From: an uncultured archaeon
GTDB lineage: Archaea; Micrarchaeota; Micrarchaeia; Anstonellales; Anstonellaceae
Direction: 5' to 3'
Length of the DNA stretch: 64,000 nt
NCBI GenBank assembly: GCA_902384555.1
Contig: CABMCD010000024.1
Coordinates: 15,615 to 79,614 of the forward strand
The position numbers were made by a program, and so were the translations under genes. Below are positions 48,487-58,155 of the stretch, piece after piece (position 1 is the stretch's first letter; each line of letters begins with the position of its first letter). The notes below the pieces were generated by a model, which worked only from the letters and a program-made list of their open reading frames with translations, ran no database searches and was not told the DNA's origin.

Positions 48487-48630
48487 TTACTTCTTCACGC
48501 GCTTCTTGGGCCTCAGGTACTTGTAACCGCACTTGCGGCAGTGCTCCACGCCCAGCTTGTTGCGGGACTTGCACTTGCGGCAGATGACGATTTTGGCGAT
48601 GAGCGCGTCGGCTTCGGGGAATTTGCCCAT
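48487..48630 (-). CDS. rpl40e: 50S ribosomal protein L40e
   Basis: MGKFPEA...ICRKCKSRN...CRKCGYKYLRPK. Confidence 0.95.
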   Translation of the reverse strand: MGKFPEADALIAKIVICRKCKSRNKLGVEHCRKCGYKYLRPKKRVKK

Positions 48631-48744
48631 GTGATAACCTCTAAGGATGATGTTGAGAGAGATGGAGTTATGAATATATAAAAAGCTGCGCCCCAAGCTT
48701 GACGACGAGAGGCGGAAAACGCCCCGCCGCATGACACGCCATAT

Positions 48745-48824
48745 GCCTCCGCAGCTCAGTACGCCGGGCTCTTGGGAGCCCGTCTAATCGCCAGCCCTTC
48801 GGGCTGACGATGGTAGAGCGCCTG
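48745..48824 (+). pseudogene. Interrupted 5' fragment (positions 1-30) of tRNA-Thr
   Basis: GCCTCCGCAGCTCAGT, a 51-nt insert, then GGTAGAGCGCCTG; matches the downstream tRNA-Thr except for C at position 8. Confidence 0.75.
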
Positions 48825-48852
48825 AAGAATGAAAATGAAAAAATAACCTGAT

Positions 48853-48924
48853 GCCTCCGTAGCTCAGTGGTAGAGCGCCTGTCTTGTAAACAGGAGGTCG
48901 AGAGTTCAACTCTCTCCGGAGGCT
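48853..48924 (+). tRNA. tRNA-Thr(TGT)
   Basis: GCCTCCG acceptor, CCTGT-CTTGTAA-ACAGG anticodon arm. Confidence 0.95.
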
Positions 48925-50531
48925 TAGAACGAGAAGATGTCCCAATCCAGCGACTGCTTTTTCTCCAACTGCGCGCGCAGCTGCGCCAGCACCATCTCCT
49001 TGACGCGCCGGTATTCCGCCGGCCCAACGACCACGTTTCCAATCGCGTATTTCAGGCCCTTGGCGTTGAAGCAGAACATGCAGTCGCTCAGGTTCTCGCA
49101 GTGGTGGCAGAAGAGGCAGTCCGAGCAGGAGTTGCAGCCGTCCATCTCGATGCACCGGCTCAGGCGCGAGGACTGGTAGCAGTTGACGCAGAATTGGCAG
49201 TAGAAGAGGATGTTGGAGCCAAAGCAGTGCTCCGAGCTCTGGGGCCAGAAGGTGTAGGCGCACAGCTTGGAATAGGCGCTGCACACCGTGCGGTAGCAGT
49301 TGGAGGCGTCGATGCACACCGCGCACTCGATGTCGTTGGGGTTCTGGCCGTCCGCGATGTCGGTGTTGAAGAAGGCGAGAGGAGAGAGGCGGGCCGGAAC
49401 CGAGGCCGGCGACAGGCCCTCCAAATCGCTGCGGTTCCATTTCACCTGCCGGCCGAAGGCCTGCGCCTCCTCCAAGGTCAGCAGCCTATCGTGCGGCAAA
49501 TCCGAATAATTGCCGTATTGGGCCAGAAACACGTCCTGCCCGCTGAAGGCCGAGCGGTGCCGCTCAAGGCCCCGCGTGTGCTTCAAAAGCCACGGCGCGT
49601 AGGCATCGATGGAGTGGGGAGGCTTGAAGCCGAAGAGGACCAACATCGTCTGTGAGAAGGCGGCCTCGATTTTGGACTTGTCGGGGGCTGGAGCGGGCGA
49701 GGGATGAAAATCGGAAATGACGGGCTTTGGCACGGACGGTGAGGCAGGGGCGGATTTTGGCGGGGCCGAATTTTCGCTTTTCCCGACCAGCTCGATGAGC
49801 GAGGGCAGACGCTTGTTCTTTCTCGCCTCTTCGACCAATTCTGCCGTCAGTTTGTCTTTGATTTTTTTGTATTGGTCGGGCGGCAGCTCCAGATTGCCGA
49901 TGCAGTGGCGCTTGTTGTGCAGGTTGAAGGAAAAGAGGCAGTTGGAGCAGTTCTTCAAACCGTGCGAGTAGTGGCAGTCCGAGCTGTCCTGGCTCATCCA
50001 CAGCTCGAAATCGCGCTTGAGGCGCGTGCCCTCGTGGCATTTGAGGCAGAAAGAGGATTCGGAAAAGGCGTTGCCCCCGAAACCCCCGTCGTCCAGCTCG
50101 CACTGGGTGCAGAAGGCCATGTGCTTGGAATTGCTGCAAAGGGTGGAATGAAGCGCATATGAGCAGTCGATGATGCTGGAGCTGGAGCGCACGTGCCGGC
50201 TGCTGCCCAGCACGATGGAGCCGGCATAATAGGCGCGGTCCTGCACGGCCGATATGATGGACTCGATGTCCTTGAGGGCATTGATGGAAAGAGGCTCGAA
50301 GCGCCGGTCGGCGCTTATTTCGTCAAGGCCGATGCATTTCGCTTTTGGCGGATAATCGGACATGGAATAAATGACGTCATGGCCGGAGAGGCTGGAGCGG
50401 CGCACCGTGACGGGGTCCACCAGCTCGGCCAGCCACGAATAGTAGTCGGCAATGGGGCCCAGCTCGGCGCCGAAGAGGATGCGGCAGGTGGAATCCCATG
50501 AAGGCTGCAGGCCGGACTCCAGTTCGTCCAT
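48924..50531 (-). CDS. Cys-rich beta-helix-like protein with internal duplication
   Basis: Two homologous halves, each ending in C..C.F.FN...K...IGN....P..Y. Confidence 0.8.
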   Translation of the reverse strand: MDELESGLQPSWDSTCRILFGAELGPIADYYSWLAELVDPVTVRRSSLSGHDVIYSMSDYPPKAKCIGLDEISADRRFEPLSINALKDIESIISAVQDRAYYAGSIVLGSSRHVRSSSSIIDCSYALHSTLCSNSKHMAFCTQCELDDGGFGGNAFSESSFCLKCHEGTRLKRDFELWMSQDSSDCHYSHGLKNCSNCLFSFNLHNKRHCIGNLELPPDQYKKIKDKLTAELVEEARKNKRLPSLIELVGKSENSAPPKSAPASPSVPKPVISDFHPSPAPAPDKSKIEAAFSQTMLVLFGFKPPHSIDAYAPWLLKHTRGLERHRSAFSGQDVFLAQYGNYSDLPHDRLLTLEEAQAFGRQVKWNRSDLEGLSPASVPARLSPLAFFNTDIADGQNPNDIECAVCIDASNCYRTVCSAYSKLCAYTFWPQSSEHCFGSNILFYCQFCVNCYQSSRLSRCIEMDGCNSCSDCLFCHHCENLSDCMFCFNAKGLKYAIGNVVVGPAEYRRVKEMVLAQLRAQLEKKQSLDWDIFSF

Positions 50532-50575
50532 AAAAAGGAGTTTGGAGAGAAAAAAGAAAAACAAATGCGTGGGGC

Positions 50576-51835
50576 CTACTTCTTGGCCTCCTTCTTCATC
50601 GATTTGGAGGCCAGTCCGAACAGCCGGCGCAGGATGACCAGCGCCGCAGCCGCACCAATGAGATAGAAGAGGGGCGCGTAGGCCTCCAGCTCCTCGGTCA
50701 GGGTGGCCGGGCGCACCGGCATGGCGAAGTCGGCCGTGTCGGAGAAGGACTTGCCCTGCGGGTCCTCGAAGTCCATGGCGAGGCCGGTGAGCTGCGAGCC
50801 GGAGGTGGCGTCCTTGTCCACGGTGATGGTGTAGGACAGGTTCACCGACTGGCCGGGCATCAGCGAATCCACGTAGCGCACCGTGCCGTCCGTGGAGAAG
50901 GGGAAGAGGGGGCGGATGCGCACTTTGAGCTTGCGCGCCTCCTGCGAGCCGGTGTTGGTGAGGAGGATGCCGGTGTCCTGCGCCGCGCCCGCGCGCAGCA
51001 CGGCCTGCGATGAGTAGGAAGCGGCAAAGTCGGCCTTGGGCTTCACGGGCACCATGAAGCGGAAGTCGGCCGAGCCGTTCTGGCGGTCCTCGCCGGTGTA
51101 GTCGAGGTGGATGCGGAGCGGGTAGTCGCCGGGCGCCAAATCCTTGGGCGCCTCAATCGCGAAGACGGCGGAGGCCGAGCCGCGGGCGGCGATGGAGCCC
51201 AAGGTCTGGTCCTGGCTCGACCATTTGGTTTCCACCCCGCTGCTGGAGGCTTGCGAGCGCGCGGAGGACACCAGCGTGGGGCCGGTGTTCTGGAAGGTGA
51301 CCGTCACCTGCGCCGTGTCGCCCGCATAGACGTCCACGGGGGAGGAGGAGGTGACGGCGGCCGTGAAGGCGGGCGAGCCGCCCACGCGCACGTTGACGGT
51401 GTTGGCCTCGGTGAATTTGGCGAAGCGCTTCTCGTAGACCGTGCTCACCGAAACGGGATAGGTGCCCGAGGTGGCGAGGTTGTCCACCGGGAGGAGGAAG
51501 ACGAACGTTCCGGCCGATTCGGGGTCAGAATAGCACAGGCTGTCGGCATAGAGGGTGTCCGAGCCCTGAATGGAGAGCGGGTAGGCGACCTTGAGCTGGA
51601 CCGACACGTGGTCGGCGCAGTTGTCGGATTCCATGCTCTTGAGGTGCAGGGTGAGGGCCACCACGTGGCCGGGCAGGGCGGGCACCTCGCTGAGGCTGGA
51701 ATTGATGAGCTGCAGCTTGGGATTCACGGAAGAGAAGGCCGCTCCGGAGAGGAAGAGGAGAAAGAAGAGCGACAGGGCAAACAGGGGGAAGGCCTGGTTT
51801 TTTACCGTCATGTTCGGGGTTTTCATCGACATCAC
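50576..51835 (-). CDS. S-layer-domain (COG1361-like) surface protein
   Basis: Signal peptide, Ig-like repeats (NTG...A, PG.Y), C-terminal TM and basic tail. Confidence 0.8.
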   Translation of the reverse strand: MMSMKTPNMTVKNQAFPLFALSLFFLLFLSGAAFSSVNPKLQLINSSLSEVPALPGHVVALTLHLKSMESDNCADHVSVQLKVAYPLSIQGSDTLYADSLCYSDPESAGTFVFLLPVDNLATSGTYPVSVSTVYEKRFAKFTEANTVNVRVGGSPAFTAAVTSSSPVDVYAGDTAQVTVTFQNTGPTLVSSARSQASSSGVETKWSSQDQTLGSIAARGSASAVFAIEAPKDLAPGDYPLRIHLDYTGEDRQNGSADFRFMVPVKPKADFAASYSSQAVLRAGAAQDTGILLTNTGSQEARKLKVRIRPLFPFSTDGTVRYVDSLMPGQSVNLSYTITVDKDATSGSQLTGLAMDFEDPQGKSFSDTADFAMPVRPATLTEELEAYAPLFYLIGAAAALVILRRLFGLASKSMKKEAKK

Positions 51836-51850
51836 CTATAATCATTATCA

Positions 51851-53605
51851 TCATGCGATTTCGCGCTTGAAGAGCATCAGGCTGAGCACGAACGTGAAGA
51901 GGCCGAACACCAGCAGGGCGACCAAGTCGGGCACCAGCTGGTAGAGCGAGAAGCCTTTCACCATCACGCCGCGCAGGGCGTCGGCCGCGTAGGTCACCGG
52001 CAGGAAGTTGGCCACCGACTGCAGGACGGGCGGCATGGTCTGCACCGGGAAGAAGGCGCCGGAGAGGAAGATGATGGGCATCGACACCATCATGGCCAGC
52101 GCCATGTACTGCTCCTGCGTCTTGGCCATCACCGAGAGCACCATGCCCACGCCGGTCGCGCCCATGGCGAAGAGGGCGATGATGACGACCAAATCCATGA
52201 GGTGGCCCGAAATCGTGACTCCGAAGAGCGCCATGGCCACGAGAATCACCAAGGATGAGCGCACGGTCTCCAGCAGCATGTAGAACACCTGCGTGCCGAA
52301 GATGATGGTGACGTTGGAGGTGGGGGTGAGGAAGACGCGCGTCATCGAGCCGTCTTGGCGCTCGCCGGCAATGGCGCGGCCCAAGCCCATGGTGGCGCCC
52401 TGAAAGATGGTGAGCGCCAGAATCGCGGGCAGCAAAAAGTCGATGGCGCGCCGGCCGTAGCCGTAGGGCTGCAGGATTTGCAGCAGGATGGGAGTGCCGG
52501 TGCCGGAATTGGCCTCGGAGGAGATGAGCTCCAGCTCATGGCCGGCCTGGTCCTGCAGCGAGATGGCCGTGCGGGCGGAAGAGGCGTGCGCGCGCGTCTG
52601 GGCGGCCAGCGAGCCGTATTGGGAGGACACCGTGCGCACGCCGGAGGCCAGCGCGGACTGCGACGCCTGCAGGCCCTGATAGAGGGCGATTTTCTGCAGG
52701 GTGGAGGCCTGCGAGTCGCCGGTGGCCAGCTCGATGAGCGTGGCCCCGCCCACGGCGGATGGCGTGAAGCTGTCGGCAATCTGGTTCTGGTCCACCAGCA
52801 GGCCGAGGCTGTTCTGCAGTTCCAGCGTCTGGGCCGAGAGGACGGCGGAGGAGGCCGAGGAGGTGTCGGCGGCCTGCCGGTTGGTCTCGTCCACGAGGTG
52901 CTGCTGGGCAGAGGGGTCGGCCGAGGCGATGGAGGAGAGCTTGGAGCGCGAGAGGGCGAGCGAGCCGCGGGCGGCGTCGGACTGGGCCGCCAGCTCCACG
53001 AGGCGGCCGGAGAGGATGGACTGCGAGAGCGCGGCCGAGAAGGCCTGCGCCGAGCCCTTGGCCGAGGCCGCCACCGAGGAGTCGGACTCGTCCACCATCA
53101 GGCTGATGGTGGCGGGCCGGCCTTCGGCCACGGATTGGGAAAAGCCGGGCGGGATGACGAACAAGACCTTGATTTGCTCGGCGTCCAGCATCCGCTTGCC
53201 CTCGTCCTGGCTGCCCACCTGATAGCGGATGGAGAAGGCCTCCATGGAGGAGAGCTGGGCGATGATTTCCCCCGAAAGGGTGGAGTGGTCGTAGTCGGCG
53301 ACGGCGGTGGGCAGGTGCTTGGGCAGGTTGCCGGCCGCGTAGCCGAAGATGACAATCATCAGCATGGGCATCATGAAGAGGGGCACCAGGCGCACGCGGT
53401 CGCCTTTGAGCACCATCCAGTTCTTCTTGACAATGGCCCACATTTTGGGCAGGTCCACCAGATGCTCCACCGCGCCGTTGTGCTCGGCGCGCGTGAGCTG
53501 GTATTGGGAAGCGGATGCGGCCGGGGCTCCGGGCTTGGGGGAGGGAGAGGCCTCGGGCTGGGAGTGGGCGCCGTTCTTCTTTTCGGGGTTCTGCTCTTTG
53601 GCCAT
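51851..53605 (-). CDS. ABC-2 type exporter permease with long helical extracellular insert
   Basis: TAVADYDHS, IAGERQDGSM, FLSGAFFP and LPVTYAADALR. Confidence 0.9.
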   Translation of the reverse strand: MAKEQNPEKKNGAHSQPEASPSPKPGAPAASASQYQLTRAEHNGAVEHLVDLPKMWAIVKKNWMVLKGDRVRLVPLFMMPMLMIVIFGYAAGNLPKHLPTAVADYDHSTLSGEIIAQLSSMEAFSIRYQVGSQDEGKRMLDAEQIKVLFVIPPGFSQSVAEGRPATISLMVDESDSSVAASAKGSAQAFSAALSQSILSGRLVELAAQSDAARGSLALSRSKLSSIASADPSAQQHLVDETNRQAADTSSASSAVLSAQTLELQNSLGLLVDQNQIADSFTPSAVGGATLIELATGDSQASTLQKIALYQGLQASQSALASGVRTVSSQYGSLAAQTRAHASSARTAISLQDQAGHELELISSEANSGTGTPILLQILQPYGYGRRAIDFLLPAILALTIFQGATMGLGRAIAGERQDGSMTRVFLTPTSNVTIIFGTQVFYMLLETVRSSLVILVAMALFGVTISGHLMDLVVIIALFAMGATGVGMVLSVMAKTQEQYMALAMMVSMPIIFLSGAFFPVQTMPPVLQSVANFLPVTYAADALRGVMVKGFSLYQLVPDLVALLVFGLFTFVLSLMLFKREIA

Positions 53606-53607
53606 AA

Positions 53608-54588
53608 TCAGTCCCTCAGCTCCTTCTTGGTCAGGTTGATGAAGACTTCCTCCAGGGTGGGCTCGCGCACCTTGAAGTCGCGGGTGGAGATGCGCCGGCG
53701 CGAGAGGAAGTCGGAAAGCTTGTGGATGAGGTCGGGGGGCAGGCGGCGCACCGGCAGGCTCGCCCGGCGGCCCTCCAGCGAGACGGAGATGGCGCCCACC
53801 AGCGCCTTGAGCTCGTCCAGCAGCTTCTGCTCCGGCACGCGCTCGAATTCGATTTCGATGCAGTGGGAATAGTGCTGCGAGGACTTGAGCTCGGCCGAGG
53901 TGCCCAGCGCGATGAGTTTGCCGTGGTCCATGATGCCGATGCGGTCGCACAGCTTGTCGGCCTCGTCCATGTCGTGCGTGGTGTAGATGACGGTCATGCC
54001 CGAGGCGTTGAGCGTCTGCGTCAGCTCGCGAAGCGCGATGCGGCTCTGCGGGTCGAGGCCGGTGGGGGGCTCGTCCATGAACAGGATTTCGGGAGAGTGC
54101 AGAAGGCCGGCCGCCACCGAAAGGCGCTGCTTCATGCCGCCCGAAAAGGTGCCCGAGCGCACGTCCCGTTTGTCGTAGAGGGTGACGATTTTGAGCAGCT
54201 CCTCGGAGCGCCGCTGGACCAGGGAGCGGTCCATGGAATAGAGCTCGCCGATGTACCAGAGGTTTTCCAGCGGAGTCAATTCCTCGAAAAGCGAGAACTT
54301 CTGGGGCACCACGCCGATGCGGCTGCGCACCAGCGCGTCCTCCTCGGAGAGGTCGTAGCCCGCCACCAGCGCGCTGCCCTCGGTGGGCTTGAGCAGCGTG
54401 GTGAGCATGTTGATGGTGGTGGTCTTGCCCGCGCCGTTGGGGCCCAAAAAGCCGAACAGCTCGCCCTTCTTCACCTTGAGCGAGAGGCCGTCCACGGCGA
54501 TGAAGCTGCCGAAGCGGCGGGTGAGGCCGTTGAGCTCGATGGCGTAGGGGCTGGAACGCCCGGCTGAGGGGTTGGAGGGGGAGGACAT
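53608..54588 (-). CDS. ABC exporter ATP-binding protein
   Basis: GPNGAGKTT, FSGGMKQR, PTLEEVF. Confidence 0.93.
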   Translation of the reverse strand: MSSPSNPSAGRSSPYAIELNGLTRRFGSFIAVDGLSLKVKKGELFGFLGPNGAGKTTTINMLTTLLKPTEGSALVAGYDLSEEDALVRSRIGVVPQKFSLFEELTPLENLWYIGELYSMDRSLVQRRSEELLKIVTLYDKRDVRSGTFSGGMKQRLSVAAGLLHSPEILFMDEPPTGLDPQSRIALRELTQTLNASGMTVIYTTHDMDEADKLCDRIGIMDHGKLIALGTSAELKSSQHYSHCIEIEFERVPEQKLLDELKALVGAISVSLEGRRASLPVRRLPPDLIHKLSDFLSRRRISTRDFKVREPTLEEVFINLTKKELRD

Positions 54589-54624
54589 GCGAACGCCTGC
54601 TCGACGATATTCCAAATTATGTTA

Positions 54625-54643
54625 TATTCCAATTAATGGAATA
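54625..54643. promoter_or_regulatory. Putative PadR operator
   Basis: Perfect 7-5-7 inverted repeat TATTCCA-ATTAA-TGGAATA between divergent padR and the ABC operon; extra half-site at about 54608. Confidence 0.65.
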
Positions 54644-54677
54644 AGTATATAAGCCTGCGCCCGCCCCATAGGAGGGT

Positions 54678-55043
54678 ATGCCGAACGCGCGCAAGCCGAC
54701 CCCGAAAAGCATTTGTCCGCAAGCGGACGGCCAGCCGGCGCTCGGCGCGCGCTTCCACCTGCTTTTCCTGATTTGGCGCCTCCACCAGCGGCCGACCTAC
54801 GGCTATGCGCTGATGCAGGAAATCCGACAGATGGCCGTCGGGCACAAGAAGACCTCGGCCGTCTATCTGGCGCTGGAGCGGCTTGAAGAGGCGGGTTTGG
54901 TGAAAAGCCGCCTCGACAGCAGCGGCGGGCGCATGCGCCGCCTCTATCAGACCACGCCGAAGGGCTGGGCGCTCTACGAGCGCATCCGCCGCAGGATGAT
55001 TCGCGGGACGCTGCGCGACTTCATGCGCGCGCTGGCCGGATAA
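54678..55043 (+). CDS. PadR family transcriptional regulator
   Basis: PTYGYALMQEI...VYLALERLEEAGLV...RRLYQTTPKG. Confidence 0.9.
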   Translation: MPNARKPTPKSICPQADGQPALGARFHLLFLIWRLHQRPTYGYALMQEIRQMAVGHKKTSAVYLALERLEEAGLVKSRLDSSGGRMRRLYQTTPKGWALYERIRRRMIRGTLRDFMRALAG

Positions 55044-55105
55044 AAAAAGGGATATAAACCCCCTGTGACCAAGTCCGGCCAACTCATGTTTTGAGAGGTT
55101 GTCTA

Positions 55106-55555
55106 ATGGAATTTGTCGAGGAAGTCGCGTTCGCCGCCAAACACAAGGACTGGATGGTGGTCAAGAAGCTGCTCATCGAGCAGAACACCGCGCCGGAGGA
55201 AATCGCGCTGGCGCTGGCCTCGATTGACAAGACGCTGGTGCGCAAAGCTTACGAGTACGCCGGCGTCAAGGCCGAGGTGGTGGAGGCCTACGTGGCCCGC
55301 GTGGCCAAGAAGGGGCGCACCTTCGCGAATTTGTCGGCCGTGTTCAGCACGCTCAAGCCCGGAGAGGTGAAGGCCGCGCTTCTGGAAGCGTGCCCCACGC
55401 CGGCGCACTACCCGCTGGCCGAGAGCTATTTTGTCAAGAAATTGCTCGAAGAGATTGGATTTGACCCCTGCCTCGAGCCCGAAACTTTGGCGAAAGTGTA
55501 CCCGCAGCTCAAGATTCCCAAACCCCGCGGGAACTTCGGGAAGAAAAAGAAGTAG
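55106..55555 (+). CDS. Conserved archaeal protein (DUF2666-like)
   Basis: F.AK.KDW.VVKKL.I...T.PEEIA..LASI pattern; GAGGT SD. Confidence 0.7.
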   Translation: MEFVEEVAFAAKHKDWMVVKKLLIEQNTAPEEIALALASIDKTLVRKAYEYAGVKAEVVEAYVARVAKKGRTFANLSAVFSTLKPGEVKAALLEACPTPAHYPLAESYFVKKLLEEIGFDPCLEPETLAKVYPQLKIPKPRGNFGKKKK

Positions 55556-55606
55556 AGAACCTGGCGAAATAAACATGTTTTTATTTTATCCCTTTTTCAT
55601 ACGCCC

Positions 55607-56296
55607 ATGGCCAAATCTGTTTCCAATAAAACACCCGCCCCGCACGGCTCGTCGGCCGCCGCCAACCTCGTGCGGCTGTGGCTGAAGCAAAAGCCTTTCA
55701 TGCACTGGCTGGTGCGCGAGGGCCTGGTGAATTACACCGCCTTGGCGAAAAGGCTGGCGCAGGAGGGATTTGCCGCCGGAAAAAGGCCGGTGGCGGCCCT
55801 GCGCGCGGCGCTGTTGCGCTCGCGCCGGTTGGATTTGGGCGAGTTCGACCCGTTCGGCAAAAACGAGGTGCTGGGCGAATCCACCTTCGAAGTGCGCAGC
55901 GGCATTACGGTGGTGCAGAGCGAGAAAGCCTTGCAGATGCCGGTGATTGCGGTCGCCTCCTCCAAGAACGGCGTGATTTCCATCATCGACGAGGCCAAGG
56001 AGGGGCGCGTGCCCAAGGCGGCCAAGGTGGTGGGCGAGGATTTGGTGCTGATTACCATCTACTCGGACGAGCGCATGGAAACCGAGTCCGGCGTATTGGC
56101 CACCCTGCTTTTGCATCTGGCCTTGCAGAAAGTGAACGTGATTGAAGTGATTTCGGCCGGGCCGGACACTATACTAGTGATAGAGCCCAAGGATTTGGGC
56201 AACGCGCTGGGTGTGTTGCAGGGCTTGATGAGCAAGGGCAAGAGAAGCAAGGGCGAGCAGGCGCTCTTCTCTTATGACAAGCCGGTGAAAGACTAG
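55607..56296 (+). CDS. ACT-domain regulatory protein
   Basis: GLVNYTALAK N-terminus; C-terminal GVLATLL..LA...VNVIEVIS ACT-like fold. Confidence 0.75.
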   Translation: MAKSVSNKTPAPHGSSAAANLVRLWLKQKPFMHWLVREGLVNYTALAKRLAQEGFAAGKRPVAALRAALLRSRRLDLGEFDPFGKNEVLGESTFEVRSGITVVQSEKALQMPVIAVASSKNGVISIIDEAKEGRVPKAAKVVGEDLVLITIYSDERMETESGVLATLLLHLALQKVNVIEVISAGPDTILVIEPKDLGNALGVLQGLMSKGKRSKGEQALFSYDKPVKD

Positions 56297-56470
56297 GACT
56301 TGCGCTGCATCGAGTCCCGCCTGCGGCTGAAAAGTCCGGCGCGCTTACCTCGTGCGAACCTTTATAAAATCAAAAGCCCATACCAACTCCAACATCGGCT
56401 TACCGAGGATGCTGGCTATATCGCAGACGAGGTCAAGCGCGAATGGCTTGATAAAAAACGAGGTGTCGCA

Positions 56471-57745
56471 ATGGCAAGTACGAAAGAACACATGAACCTG
56501 ATCTTCATCGGCCACGTCGACCATGGTAAATCCACCACGGTCGGCCGCGTGCTCTACGAGTCGGGCGCCATGTCCGACCAGCAGCTGCGCAAACTCAAAG
56601 AGGAGGCCGAGAAAGTCGGCAAGGCGACCTTCGAGTTCGCCTTCTCCATGGACACCCTCAAAGAGGAACGCGAGCGCGGTGTGACCATTGAGCTCTCGCA
56701 CAAGGAGTTCGAGACGCAGAAGTACTACTTCACCATCATCGACGCCCCCGGACACAAGGACTTCGTGAAGAACATGATTACGGGCGCCTCGCAGGCCGAC
56801 GCCGGCGTGCTGGTGTGCTCCGCGAAAGAAGGCATCCAGCCCCAGACCAAGGAGCACGCCTTCCTGGCGAAAGTGCTGGGCATCAACCAGCTCATCGTCG
56901 GTGTCAACAAGATGGACGCCGTCAACTGGGACCACGTCAAGTTCGACGAGACCAAGCAGGCGCTCACCACGCTCTTGAAGAACATCGGCTACAAGACCGA
57001 CACCCTGCCCTTCATCCCCTACTCGGGCTACACGGGCGACAACATCAAGAACAAGAGCACCAACATGCCCTGGGACTCGGGCCCCACCCTCTTGGAGTGC
57101 TTCGACAAGCTCGTCTGCCCCCCCAAGCCCACCGACAAGCCCCTGCGCCTCCCCATTCAGGACGCCTTCACCATCACCGGACACGGCACCGTGCCGGTCG
57201 GCCGTGTGGAAACCGGTATCCTCAAGCCCAACATGAGCATTGTGTTCATGCCCTCAGGCGCGAAGGGCGAGTGCAAGCGCATTGAAATGCACCACCAGGA
57301 GCTGACGCAGGCCGTCCCCGGCGACAACGTCGGCTTCAACGTCAAGGGCGTGGACAAGAAGGACATCAAGCGCGGCGAGGTCGTCGGCCCGGTCGACAGC
57401 CCCCCCACGGTGGCCTCCGAGTTCACGGCCCAGATCGTGGTGCTCGAGCACCCGACCGCCATCGGCAAGGGTTACACCCCCGTCTTCCACATCCACACCG
57501 CGCAGATTGCCTGCACGATTACGGAAATCATCGAGAAGAAGGACCCCAAGACGGGACAGACGCAGCAGAAGAACCCCGACTACATCAAGACCGGCGACGT
57601 CGCCATCGTGCGCATCAAGCCCGTCAAGGCCGTGGTCGTGGAGAAGTTCCAGATGTTCCCGCCCCTCGGTCGCTTCGCCATCCGCGACATGGGACAGACC
57701 GTGGCGGCCGGCGTCGTGCTGGAAGTGACCCCGAAGACCGCGTAA
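56471..57745 (+). CDS. tuf: Elongation factor 1-alpha
   Basis: [26 protein letters not shown] and GRFAIRDMG. Confidence 0.98.
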   Translation: MASTKEHMNLIFIGHVDHGKSTTVGRVLYESGAMSDQQLRKLKEEAEKVGKATFEFAFSMDTLKEERERGVTIELSHKEFETQKYYFTIIDAPGHKDFVKNMITGASQADAGVLVCSAKEGIQPQTKEHAFLAKVLGINQLIVGVNKMDAVNWDHVKFDETKQALTTLLKNIGYKTDTLPFIPYSGYTGDNIKNKSTNMPWDSGPTLLECFDKLVCPPKPTDKPLRLPIQDAFTITGHGTVPVGRVETGILKPNMSIVFMPSGAKGECKRIEMHHQELTQAVPGDNVGFNVKGVDKKDIKRGEVVGPVDSPPTVASEFTAQIVVLEHPTAIGKGYTPVFHIHTAQIACTITEIIEKKDPKTGQTQQKNPDYIKTGDVAIVRIKPVKAVVVEKFQMFPPLGRFAIRDMGQTVAAGVVLEVTPKTA

Positions 57746-57797
57746 GGTCTTCCCCCTTTTTTATTTTCATTTAATTTTGTAAAACGTTGGTGAAAGA

Positions 57798-58103
57798 ATG
57801 AGCAAAGCTAGAATCAAACTCATCGGCAAGAACCCCAAGGAATTGGACGATGTCTGCCACCAGATAGAGGAGATTGCCAAGACCACGGGAGTGGATTTGG
57901 CGGGCCCCATCTACCTGCCCACGAAGCGCTTGAAGATTTCGACGCGCCGAACGCCCTGTGGCGACGGCTCCGACACCTACGAGCACTGGGAGATGCGCAT
58001 CCACAAGCGCATGATTGACGTGGCCGGCGACGAGAGAACGCTTCGCCAGATTATGCGCGTCAAGGTGCCCGACACCGTGCACGTGAAGATTTCGCTCGAG
58101 TAA
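57798..58103 (+). CDS. rpsJ: 30S ribosomal protein S10
   Basis: GPIYLPTK...RRTPCGDGS.TYEHWEMRIHKR. Confidence 0.97.
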   Translation: MSKARIKLIGKNPKELDDVCHQIEEIAKTTGVDLAGPIYLPTKRLKISTRRTPCGDGSDTYEHWEMRIHKRMIDVAGDERTLRQIMRVKVPDTVHVKISLE

Positions 58104-58155
58104 GTTTCCGCCTTTTTTAGTTTATAATTAAAAACCAGCCCAGCGAAAGCCCGAA

